The position numbers and the translations under genes were made by a program. Under the pieces are notes generated by a model, which did not search any database, was not told where the DNA came from, and worked only from the letters and a program-made list of their open reading frames with translations. Source: an uncultured Candidatus Saccharibacteria bacterium (GTDB lineage Bacteria > Patescibacteriota > Minisyncoccia > Phycocordibacterales > Zambryskibacteraceae). Taken from it: a DNA stretch of 62,118 nt. The DNA lies in NCBI GenBank assembly GCA_964516975.1, contig CAZFAS010000003.1:4508-66625 (forward strand), given 5' to 3'. Numbering within the stretch: position 1 is the first letter of the stretch; each line of letters begins with the position of its first letter. Below, in pieces: positions 18,075 to 26,306 of this stretch.

Positions 18075-21000
18075 TTATTTTTTATGAAGCTTGAGAACCT
18101 TGATCGAAACGTAATTGAGGATAAAGAGCGAGAGCAAACTTGCAAAAACAAGTGATGCTGTCGTACTTGTATTTTGTGTACGAGTCGTTGCGGTTCGTGT
18201 TAATGGGTTTAGTGTGATTGGACCAATTCCAGTGTTTGGAAGTCCTGTAAAGGCACCCAACACTTCACCATCCGGCTTCTTAGTTACGCTTCCGCCACCA
18301 CTACTTCCACCAGATGTAGAACCAGCTACGATACCATGTCTACTTCCTGACGATGGAGGAGTTGGTTTATCATCATCCTTCGGCTTGTCTTCATCATGTG
18401 GCCCATCCTCACCACAGTTTGTTGTACAACCAGTCACTATTTCTTTCTTCACTGTGATATCAACCTGGTCATGATTATTCTCTGTATTGATATCGATTTG
18501 TGGATCGATAGTTACATCTGCAGCATTTGTAATTGTTCCCTCCCCAGTTACAGTTGCCTTAAGAGTAAGAGTGGCTGTCTGATCGAGAGTAAGAGCCCCT
18601 ACAGACCACATATTTGTGCCAGAATCATAGGTTCCCTGGGTTGCTGTGTTTGATGAATATGTCAGACCTGCTGGAAGCGCTTCAGTCACTTTTACGTTTG
18701 TTGCTGTTTCAGGGCCATGGTTAGTAACGTTAATTGTATATGTCACTGTTGCGCCACTATTTGGATTTGCATTGTCTACAGTCTTTTCAATTCCCACATC
18801 AGTCTTCACTGGAGAATTCCACGCTACACAATAGTAAGTATTACCAACTTTGAGATTATCGATTCTGTCATAGTTGTCATAATTCTTTACATCGACATTA
18901 CAATATACTTCTGCTGTCTTGTTATTTCCATTTGGATTCTGTGGATCATTTCCATAGGTAAATGGAATGTATCCTGCTTTAAGAACCTCTCGAAACCATA
19001 CATATGTCTGATCATTCTGAGCAGGGATTGAAATTGAAACTGTTCCGTCATTTGCAGTCATTCCTGATGTTACCCAAGGCGCTCCCGCAGGACCGAGAAG
19101 TGTGTTACCAGCATCTGCTGTTCCACTTGGTGCCCATTCAAACTGCCAATTTGGCTCTAGGTGACAACTATTATGCTCAGCTACCCAGTTTGTTGCTGTT
19201 GTGGAAGTAATTGCTGGACCACCATTCCCCCAATTCGGGAGATCTGCTTCATTTGTACACACAATCTTTGTTGCAATAACTGTCGAAGTTGTTGGACATG
19301 ATTTATTCCAAACAATCACATACTGATCTCCACTTAGTGTTAACCATGATGGATTATTTGAACTTACTGTCTTTGTGGCAGCATCTGCAAAACTCAAGTT
19401 ACTTGTAGTGTATCCATCCACATAAAACATTCCTGGTGAACATTCACGTTGTGAAGAAACAACAACACTATTTGGATGTACTTCAGATTTTGTTTGTTCT
19501 GCCGCACTTACGCTACTAAATTCATCTGAGATTGCCCCACTTGCACCTTCATATGAATGCTCTGCATCAAGAACTACATCACCTGCCCAGTCACCACCTT
19601 GAACACCCACAACAAATGATTTTTGTTGTGCAGATTCTGATGTTGCAACCTTACCGTCAACATATTTCTTGAAGTGGATCTTTGATGTTGGATGGTCACC
19701 ATCTCCGCCATTATCATCATCACCACAATTTTTTCCAACCCAAACTAATTTAAAGAGAATTCCTGCAGGATTTGAAGTAGCATCACTTCCCTCCACACCC
19801 TTATTTGTTCCCTCTATAGTAATAGTATTTTCTCCGCTCTTCAGCAGACTTGTTACATCATAGTGATCTTGTGTACCAGATTGGAAATTATTTTCATCAG
19901 TCTGCTCTTCACCAACTAATACACCGTTCACCCATACCTTGTAATAGTTATCAGAAGCAATATCAAGTGAACCACTTGTCGCAGTTCCGCCAACTGTAAA
20001 TTTCTTTGTAAATGTTTTTGTCTCAGTTACACCTGGGTTCTGCACTGGATCTGTTGACCAAATCCATGTTGCTCCAGGAATATTTGCTGTCCATCCAGGA
20101 TGAATATAGTTAAGTGCAACTGCATTACCATCACCTACAGAAGTTGTTGCATCACTTACAACTACTCCCTCGATTGCTTTACATTCTTTTGCACACTGCA
20201 CACTCACACTGTCGAGGAATGTGCCGACAGAATTTGGAGTCCCTTTATCAATAAATGCTAATCGTGTTACTGGCTCTGTTGCAGTAATTGTATATGTATG
20301 TGTCTTCCATACTGTATTTGCATTTGATGTTCCATCCTCAGTCAAACTATCAACCGTTGTTGCACCCCAAAGCACATCAAGCATATTTTCTGAAGATCCA
20401 GAATTTGGTCGTGGTGAAAATGCAAACGAAACATCATATTTTTTACCTGGAACTGTTGGTATATCTTGATAAATTTTTACAGATGCAGGTTCTCCAGATA
20501 ATCCACTACTTGGTCCACCCCAATCTGTATCAAGTTCCGCGTACTGGTTACCACCTTGAGCTAACCAACCCATAACACCATTCTGTAATTCGAGTTTTGG
20601 ATCTGGACGATTCTGCTCATTATAAGTTGATGATCCTCCAAACCACTCAATTGTCCACCCGAGATCAGGAGTACTGTTTGTAAACACATCCCAACTTGCA
20701 GGATTTGTTACGACAGGCTTTTCAAAATCGCCATTTTTAAGTAACTCAACGCCCGGCTTACATTCTGTCGTGACCTTTGTGCAATTCGTAATACTTACTT
20801 CAACTACAAGATCGTTATAGTCTTTATCAGATGTTGCAAATGGTAAATCTTCAAATGCAACAATATATTTATTTGAAGTGACATTATATACAACAGCATG
20901 GTCATCTGACCCATTATCTGAATTGAGAGCGTTTGGTTCAGTTGCAAAAGTTTTTGTAGTGTCTCCATTTGTTGTCTTAATAGCGAAACCAATCTTTGTT

Positions 21001-21938
21001 ACACCAGTAGTATTGACTGTTACTGGTGCAGATACAGTTCCACTTACTGTTGGAGGAACAGAAAATACTGGCACGAAGTTTGCCACATCACCATTTGTGT
21101 AATAACCAAATGTTTGTGTGTTTCCAGCCTTTTTATCGATTAACTTTACAACAAAACTTACTGATGCAGTTCCAGCTGGCACATTAAACGATGTGTATCC
21201 TGTTTCATCTGCAACCGTATTTACCGTGTATCCCGCATCAGTTAACACTTTTTGAAGTGTATCTTCAGGAGAAACGCCAAATGAAACGATCTTACCGCCA
21301 CCATTCATAGATGGGTCTACGCAAGTGTTTTCAATTTGTTGGGGCGCCTTATAGGTATTAGTAATTGTACACGTCTTATTATCACCATATGCAAGTGTTA
21401 CTTGACCGTTCTCATTGCAATCACCACCCCATACTCCAGCAGTGTAGTGCTCAAGATTTGTTTCGGTCACTGTGTGTGTTCCAACTGTCGTCTTTACAGC
21501 AACACCACTTAACACTGAAACTGAATCAACCTTAAGATTAAAATCATTCGCAGTTTTTGTGCCACCGCCTGCATTCACCACTGTCTTAGTTACGGTAAGC
21601 TTTGGTGCTACATGATTTTTACACCAAAGATTTCCTGCATTTTCTTTTGTCTTTGGCTTACCGTCTTCGTTTAATGGTCCAGCATACAGATAATCGTCAT
21701 CATGACCTGAATGTCCATTCCACCCATTTGCATCTACATTAAGTGCATTCCAATTTCCTGAATTACCATCTTTATGGCAAATATTTACTTTCTGATGCTC
21801 ACTTTCATTTGATGTAGCATTTGCAACTTTTATTGAAAGTACTCCAGGACCCACTGCTTGTAAAACAAGAACAAGAGACATGAACACACTAAAAAATTTA
21901 TGCATTTTTTTTAGTGTCTGCTGTGATACTAATTTCAT
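18075..21938 (-). CDS. large LPXTG-anchored cell-surface protein (sortase substrate)
   Basis: About 1,287 aa from ATG 21938. Signal peptide (FFSVFMSLVLVLQAVGPG). DYNDLVVEV (DUF4114-like) and a DUF11-like repeat (TYTINVTNHGPETATNVKVTEALPAGLTY). C-terminal LPNTG (18228-18242), then a hydrophobic helix and a KLHKK tail. Confidence 0.85.
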   Translation of the reverse strand: MKLVSQQTLKKMHKFFSVFMSLVLVLQAVGPGVLSIKVANATSNESEHQKVNICHKDGNSGNWNALNVDANGWNGHSGHDDDYLYAGPLNEDGKPKTKENAGNLWCKNHVAPKLTVTKTVVNAGGGTKTANDFNLKVDSVSVLSGVAVKTTVGTHTVTETNLEHYTAGVWGGDCNENGQVTLAYGDNKTCTITNTYKAPQQIENTCVDPSMNGGGKIVSFGVSPEDTLQKVLTDAGYTVNTVADETGYTSFNVPAGTASVSFVVKLIDKKAGNTQTFGYYTNGDVANFVPVFSVPPTVSGTVSAPVTVNTTGVTKIGFAIKTTNGDTTKTFATEPNALNSDNGSDDHAVVYNVTSNKYIVAFEDLPFATSDKDYNDLVVEVSITNCTKVTTECKPGVELLKNGDFEKPVVTNPASWDVFTNSTPDLGWTIEWFGGSSTYNEQNRPDPKLELQNGVMGWLAQGGNQYAELDTDWGGPSSGLSGEPASVKIYQDIPTVPGKKYDVSFAFSPRPNSGSSENMLDVLWGATTVDSLTEDGTSNANTVWKTHTYTITATEPVTRLAFIDKGTPNSVGTFLDSVSVQCAKECKAIEGVVVSDATTSVGDGNAVALNYIHPGWTANIPGATWIWSTDPVQNPGVTETKTFTKKFTVGGTATSGSLDIASDNYYKVWVNGVLVGEEQTDENNFQSGTQDHYDVTSLLKSGENTITIEGTNKGVEGSDATSNPAGILFKLVWVGKNCGDDDNGGDGDHPTSKIHFKKYVDGKVATSESAQQKSFVVGVQGGDWAGDVVLDAEHSYEGASGAISDEFSSVSAAEQTKSEVHPNSVVVSSQRECSPGMFYVDGYTTSNLSFADAATKTVSSNNPSWLTLSGDQYVIVWNKSCPTTSTVIATKIVCTNEADLPNWGNGGPAITSTTATNWVAEHNSCHLEPNWQFEWAPSGTADAGNTLLGPAGAPWVTSGMTANDGTVSISIPAQNDQTYVWFREVLKAGYIPFTYGNDPQNPNGNNKTAEVYCNVDVKNYDNYDRIDNLKVGNTYYCVAWNSPVKTDVGIEKTVDNANPNSGATVTYTINVTNHGPETATNVKVTEALPAGLTYSSNTATQGTYDSGTNMWSVGALTLDQTATLTLKATVTGEGTITNAADVTIDPQIDINTENNHDQVDITVKKEIVTGCTTNCGEDGPHDEDKPKDDDKPTPPSSGSRHGIVAGSTSGGSSGGGSVTKKPDGEVLGAFTGLPNTGIGPITLNPLTRTATTRTQNTSTTASLVFASLLSLFILNYVSIKVLKLHKK

Positions 21939-22093
21939 ACATTTAATAAATAAAAACACATAATAATAAAACACGCATACAAAACGCTGCGTAAACTATG
22001 CAAACTTTTAAACTTTATGTCAATACACTACATTCACTTCTGAACATACAACCTTACTTCTTTTAGTATAGCGCTATTTTAAGGCGAATCAAG

Positions 22094-22124
22094 TAAAAAA
22101 AGACAGCGCACCATGGCGCTGTCT
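22094..22124 (-). terminator. intrinsic terminator
   Basis: AGACAGCGC-ACCATG-GCGCTGTCT is a 9-bp stem. On the minus strand it is followed by TTTTTTT. Confidence 0.7.
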
Positions 22125-22134
22125 AAAGATCTTT

Positions 22135-23064
22135 CTATGGAAATCGAATTCCAAGTCTACCGACAAATCCTATCCTTGGACTGGTAGTGAGACTTGGACC
22201 CATACTCCCATTTGGTGGATTTACTGGACCTCCGTTTCTAATGTACACAACTTTGTCCTTCCTATGAGACAATTCACAAATGAGAACACCTACCCCAACC
22301 CCGGTCACAAAACCTAAGAGTGCAGGTTTGATCCATCTGCGCTTCTTTTGCTCAACCGGTATTGTGATATTCGCTACTACAAGCGGCACTTGCGTTGTGT
22401 CCTTTACAACCTTAAAGTTCACGATAACAGAACTCAGGTCCATCCTGCCGCTATCAAGGACAATTAGTGAGTCCTTCCTAGAGGCAGCGCTGTAGAATGC
22501 ACGAATCGTGTCCCTTGCAGAAACAAATAAAGTGTCCTTTACCACCGCAGGAATCACTGATTTCGTCTTTTCAACCTTTGGGGTATCGACGAAAGGTAAC
22601 GCCTTGGGTGATAGAATTGGGTTCCCGCAGGTTAGTGACAACACGTAGGAATTCGTATTGGCATTTGAGAGACACTTCTCACCTTGCCTGAAATCACGCT
22701 CCCACATATTGTCTACTTTTCCACTCGGAAGCATGTATCTTGTGAGTTTGCCTCGACCTTTTGGGCATGACATCTCAGTCAAGGTTTCAACGTACCCAGC
22801 AAGCTGATTTACATTTCGCACATCAGCGTCAGGATCTGCGGCATTGATAGCACTCATAAAATCCTGACAACTAACACGCAACCTCTGGCTCTTCTTGGAA
22901 CCTGATTTACAGGTTGCTAGCAAAGAAACGAGCTCATTTTGTGTCACCGGACCTTTAGACACAAAAGCATATCCAAGATCCTTCTCCTTTGCCTTATTCT
23001 TGGTCTGCGCTGAAAGTCCCAGAAGTGGAACCCAGAGCGCAACCAATAATACAAAGCGTCTCAT
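22135..23064 (-). CDS. hypothetical secreted/membrane-anchored protein (compositional outlier)
   Basis: About 309 aa from ATG 23064. Signal peptide MRRFVLLVALWVPLLGLSA and a C-proximal TM helix (ALLGFVTGVGVGVLICEL). GC is visibly higher (about 47% on a sampled stretch) than in neighbouring genes. Confidence 0.55.
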   Translation of the reverse strand: MRRFVLLVALWVPLLGLSAQTKNKAKEKDLGYAFVSKGPVTQNELVSLLATCKSGSKKSQRLRVSCQDFMSAINAADPDADVRNVNQLAGYVETLTEMSCPKGRGKLTRYMLPSGKVDNMWERDFRQGEKCLSNANTNSYVLSLTCGNPILSPKALPFVDTPKVEKTKSVIPAVVKDTLFVSARDTIRAFYSAASRKDSLIVLDSGRMDLSSVIVNFKVVKDTTQVPLVVANITIPVEQKKRRWIKPALLGFVTGVGVGVLICELSHRKDKVVYIRNGGPVNPPNGSMGPSLTTSPRIGFVGRLGIRFP

Positions 23065-23177
23065 GGCAATTCTCCTTGTATATAGTTTCGGAAAGTTCTT
23101 CCTTCTGGACTCTACCATAAAAATCTATTCTAGTAAATGGATATGAAACTACCGGTATAAATCGATATAATTTTCAA

Positions 23178-24227
23178 ATGCGACTCTCCCCTGTATACGA
23201 AAATAGAATAAAAAGTGTATTTAAAAATAAAACACTTGTACTGAAAGCGTGTATTTTTTTGTTTGGTTTTATTGTTGGATTTTCATTATGTAAGTTCACT
23301 ATAGACCATGGGTATACGATAAAAAGTATCCGTGTCCCTGATCCTGAGTATAAACTCATCAGTCCACTCGTTATTGCTGATGTTGCAGGACCTGGTTCTG
23401 GAAGCGCAAAATCTATTGAAGAGAAACTAAAGTTAAAAACCTACGATCTACTTAATGTACCCGGAATGAAAAATATCTCTATATACTATCGTGATCTCAA
23501 TAGTGGTATTTGGGCAGGTGTTGGAGAAAATATGGAATATAATCCTGCAAGTTTACTAAAAGTTCCAGTGCTCATTGCCTGGTACAAACAGATCCAGGAA
23601 AAACCAGAGCTTTCCAAAAAAGAAATCTACTACAAGGGAAATACTGCAAATAGTAAAGATATCCAATTCAATACCCTTCAACCAAATACTTCCTATACAA
23701 TAGAATATCTCCTCGAACGAATGATAAAAAATTCTGACAATGTAGCAAAGGATCTTCTGTTAGAAAACCTTGATCCTAAAACTATAAACACAGTATTCAC
23801 CGACTTAGGTATTCAAACTTGGGGTGATAAACCGGGAAGTAGTATTCATATTTCAGCGAACACATATTCTCGATTTCTTAGAATACTCTATAATGCAAAC
23901 TACTTAGATCATGAATATTCACAAAAAGCACTAGAACTCCTAGGTTCAAGTAATTTTAATGAGGGTATCATTGCGGGCATACCAAGTGGTATTTTCGTCT
24001 CACACAAATTTGGACAATTCCAAGATGAAAGCCCGAATATAGATATTACGGAACTCCATGATTGCGGAATAGTATATATCCCCTCTCATCCATATCTACT
24101 GTGTGTAATGACAAGAGCAACTTCGAGTACTGACTTAGGTGTTCTTGAACTTGTTATCAAAACTGTATCAGAGACTGCATACAAAATATCAACTGAAGAT
24201 ATTCCTGATTTAATCAAAAATAAGTAA
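23178..24227 (+). CDS. membrane-anchored class A beta-lactamase-like serine hydrolase
   Basis: N-terminal TM helix. SxxK (ASLLKVP), SDN (KNSDNVAKD) and a KTG-like HKFG. Confidence 0.65.
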   Translation: MRLSPVYENRIKSVFKNKTLVLKACIFLFGFIVGFSLCKFTIDHGYTIKSIRVPDPEYKLISPLVIADVAGPGSGSAKSIEEKLKLKTYDLLNVPGMKNISIYYRDLNSGIWAGVGENMEYNPASLLKVPVLIAWYKQIQEKPELSKKEIYYKGNTANSKDIQFNTLQPNTSYTIEYLLERMIKNSDNVAKDLLLENLDPKTINTVFTDLGIQTWGDKPGSSIHISANTYSRFLRILYNANYLDHEYSQKALELLGSSNFNEGIIAGIPSGIFVSHKFGQFQDESPNIDITELHDCGIVYIPSHPYLLCVMTRATSSTDLGVLELVIKTVSETAYKISTEDIPDLIKNK

Positions 24228-24265
24228 TCGTCAGAATCCAACTACAAACCCTGTTACACAAATTT

Positions 24266-24288
24266 TATTGTGGGCGGTAGAGGATTCG
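24266..24288 (-). repeat. displaced copy of the tRNA-Val 3' end (T-loop to discriminator)
   Basis: 23 nt identical to 24402-24424. This covers CGAATCCTCTACCGCCCA plus 5 flanking nt and lies 118 nt downstream of the intact gene. Confidence 0.85.
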
Positions 24289-24330
24289 GTCACAAGTATT
24301 TTTCTGCTAAAAAATCTTGCGACCCCGCCT
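24282..24330 (-). repeat. 49-nt palindrome-containing element, copy A
   Basis: On the minus strand it reads AGGCGGGGTCGCAAGATTTTTTAGCAGAAAAATACTTGTGACCGAATCC. 44/49 nt match 26307-26355 on the plus strand. The internal hairpin is at 24288-24324. Confidence 0.8.
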
Positions 24331-24372
24331 CGCACCGTCGTGCTCCGGCTTTCGAATCCGACCGCACAATAT

Positions 24373-24400
24373 AAAACACCCAGCATTTGCTGGGTGTTTT
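24373..24400 (-). terminator. hairpin terminator downstream of tRNA-Val (A-run and T-run on both sides)
   Basis: ACACCCAGC-ATTT-GCTGGGTGT is a 9-bp stem flanked by AAAA and TTTT. Confidence 0.65.
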
Positions 24401-24406
24401 ATATTG

Positions 24407-24479
24407 TGGGCGGTAGAGGATTCGAACCTCTGACATCAACAACGTCAATGTTGCGCTCTACCAACTGAGCTAACCGCCC
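24407..24479 (-). tRNA. tRNA-Val (anticodon GAC)
   Basis: Reverse complement is GGGCGGTTAGCTCAGTTGGTAGAGCGCAACATTGACGTTGTTGATGTCAGAGGTTCGAATCCTCTACCGCCCA. It folds as a canonical cloverleaf with anticodon loop TTGACGT. CCA is not encoded. Confidence 0.92.
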
Positions 24480-24557
24480 GAATGAATTGCTTATACCTAC
24501 CAAAACAGCTAACCGCCCGAATGAATTGCTTATACCTACCAAAACAGCTAACCGCCC
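24480..24557 (-). repeat. 2 x 39-bp tandem repeat, each unit carrying a copy of the tRNA-Val 5' end
   Basis: Units 24480-24518 and 24519-24557 are identical. On the minus strand each begins GGGCGGTTAGCT (the first 12 nt of the tRNA). Similarity continues through nt 22 (19/22). Confidence 0.9.
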
Positions 24558-24596
24558 ATGTAATTTTGAATTTATTGAATTATACAGAAGAAAATT

Positions 24597-25697
24597 CTAT
24601 TTCCAATACTTTTTAACTTCACTCACATTAGAAAGACCGTCCTTCTTGAGCAAATCAACAAGTCCGCTATTTATTTGTTTAAGTACACTTGGTCCTTCGT
24701 ACACAAGACCAGTAATAAGCTCGATTAGATTTGCCCCAGCCTTTAATTTCTCGTAAGCATCTTGTGCTGTGAAAACTCCTCCACACCCTATGATTACATA
24801 CTCATTACCAGCAAGCCTTCTCACATCTCGTATCATATGTGTTGATATATCACGAATGGGCTCACCTGAAATACCACCCTTATATTGTTCATGTTCACCC
24901 GCAGGAGTATGTTTGAGTAAAGCGCGATTCTTAGAAAGATTAGAGATAATATATCCCTTCACACATGGATATCGCTTCACCGTCATCACAATATGAGTAA
25001 GTTGATCAAGTGAAAGATCTGGCTTTAGTTTGAGCAAAATCGGCTTTTTATCCTTTGTCACATCAAATGCTTTCTGTAATTCCTCGAGAAGTCGTGTGAG
25101 CAAATCAATATCTTCACACAATAGTACTCCATCTCCAGTATTTGGACAGCTTATATTTATATTGATAACATCCGCCACGCTTTCAAGCTTCTTATATGAA
25201 TAAATATAATCATCGATCGTTCCCTGTCCTGAAATGGCTTTATCATTCGTCTTTGCAATATTTACAATAAGTGGAATTTCTCTTGACGTATTCTCGATTA
25301 CAGGAAATAGAACATCAACTCCCCGATTCTTCAGACCATAATTTACAATCAAAGATCTGTCCTTCGGCAACCTTACACTCCATGGTCTTTTATTACCTTT
25401 GTATGCAAAGCGAGTAATCGAGCCAACTTCCATAAACCCAAACCCAACTGTCGGGATAATACGAATAAGTTGCGCATTCTTATCGAAACCGCCTGAGAGT
25501 CCTATTGGATTTTTAAAATCTACGCCAAGTATTGTCTGCGAGAGGTATGAGCTTTCAAATACAAAAACCTTACTCATGAGTGAACGGACAAATGGAAACA
25601 AACCTAAAAACCAACCAGTTTTCACGATTGTTCCATGTACCCGATCTGGGTGGAAAAGAAAGAGGATGGGCTTAATAACCTTGCTATAGACTTTCAT
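24597..25697 (-). CDS. pyrD: dihydroorotate dehydrogenase (family-2-like architecture)
   Basis: GFMEVGSIT, GNKRPWSVRL, NYGLKNRGVD, NISCPNT, GGISG and IIGCGGV. ATG at 25697 is chosen; the ORF track begins 18 codons upstream. Confidence 0.85.
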   Translation of the reverse strand: MKVYSKVIKPILFLFHPDRVHGTIVKTGWFLGLFPFVRSLMSKVFVFESSYLSQTILGVDFKNPIGLSGGFDKNAQLIRIIPTVGFGFMEVGSITRFAYKGNKRPWSVRLPKDRSLIVNYGLKNRGVDVLFPVIENTSREIPLIVNIAKTNDKAISGQGTIDDYIYSYKKLESVADVININISCPNTGDGVLLCEDIDLLTRLLEELQKAFDVTKDKKPILLKLKPDLSLDQLTHIVMTVKRYPCVKGYIISNLSKNRALLKHTPAGEHEQYKGGISGEPIRDISTHMIRDVRRLAGNEYVIIGCGGVFTAQDAYEKLKAGANLIELITGLVYEGPSVLKQINSGLVDLLKKDGLSNVSEVKKYWK

Positions 25698-25797
25698 ACT
25701 TACGATAGTAGTACTTTTTATACAAAATACAAATGATTTCTTAATACACAAAACTCAGACAAAAAAATCACGCCATGGCTAGCGGATTTTCAAGATG

Positions 25798-25884
25798 CGG
25801 AGGAGGAGAGATTTGAACTCTCGAAGGGCTTTCACCCTTGCTGGTTTTCGAAACCAGTGCCTTCAACCACTCAGCCACTCCTCC
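25798..25884 (-). tRNA. tRNA-Ser (anticodon CGA)
   Basis: Reverse complement is GGAGGAGTGGCTGAGTGGTTGAAGGCACTGGTTTCGAAAACCAGCAAGGGTGAAAGCCCTTCGAGAGTTCAAATCTCTCCTCCTCCG. It has a long variable arm and anticodon loop TTCGAAA. Confidence 0.9.
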
Positions 25885-25948
25885 AAAATATACTTCGTAT
25901 TTTGGTCCACGATCGGAGTGCTGAGTATTGTCCACCTCGTTACTACTC

Positions 25949-25999
25949 GGATACAAAGGAAAGCAGTTTCCTTTGTATCCACTCAGCCACTCCTCCAAA
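25949..25999 (-). repeat. copy of the tRNA-Ser 5' end fused to a 14-bp hairpin
   Basis: 25979-25999 is identical to 25867-25887 (21 nt: the first 18 nt of the tRNA plus 3 upstream nt). It is immediately followed on the minus strand by GGATACAAAGGAAA-CTGC-TTTCCTTTGTATCC (25949-25980). Confidence 0.8.
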
Positions 26000-26088
26000 C
26001 AAAAAGTTCGTAAAACCACCAAATGCCGAAATATCCTAGCATTTTTTGATTTTTTTACAAAAGATGTTATTATTTTTGAACTCAAAAC

Positions 26089-26160
26089 GGCCCTATCGTC
26101 TATCGGTTAGGACACAAGCTTTTCAAGCTTGGAAGCGGGGTTCGACTCCCCGTAGGGTCA
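26089..26160 (+). tRNA. tRNA-Glu (anticodon UUC)
   Basis: GGCCCTATCGTCTATCGGTTAGGACACAAGCTTTTCAAGCTTGGAAGCGGGGTTCGACTCCCCGTAGGGTCA folds as a canonical cloverleaf. Confidence 0.92.
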
Positions 26161-26168
26161 CAAAGTGT

Positions 26169-26196
26169 GGAAAAAGTGAACTTCTTCACTTTTTCC
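26169..26196 (+). terminator. hairpin terminator after tRNA-Glu
   Basis: GGAAAAAGTGAA-CTTC-TTCACTTTTTCC. The stem core GTGAA/TTCAC is followed by TTTTT. Confidence 0.55.
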
Positions 26197-26306
26197 TAAC
26201 ATTTGTGAAGACGGAGACATATTTTTGAGTACAAAAATAGTCGAGTCCAGGTCTGGAAAATTCATTTTTGACGAAAAATGAATTATTGTGGACCACACAA
26301 ATATAA

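Noticed and set aside
24282-24368. The idea that the GC-rich stretch, palindrome and tRNA-Val 3' fragment form an intron-containing or split tRNA gene, with a T-loop intron.
   Set aside because: A near-complementary acceptor 5' strand (GTGCGGT) can be found. However, no D-arm, anticodon arm or intact T-stem can be built from the 5' part, and excising the palindrome does not restore a 7-nt T-loop.
24480-24557. The 39-bp tandem repeat as a mini CRISPR array.
   Set aside because: There are only two units and they are directly abutting, with no unique spacers. Each unit is a copy of the adjacent tRNA 5' end. No cas genes are in the window.
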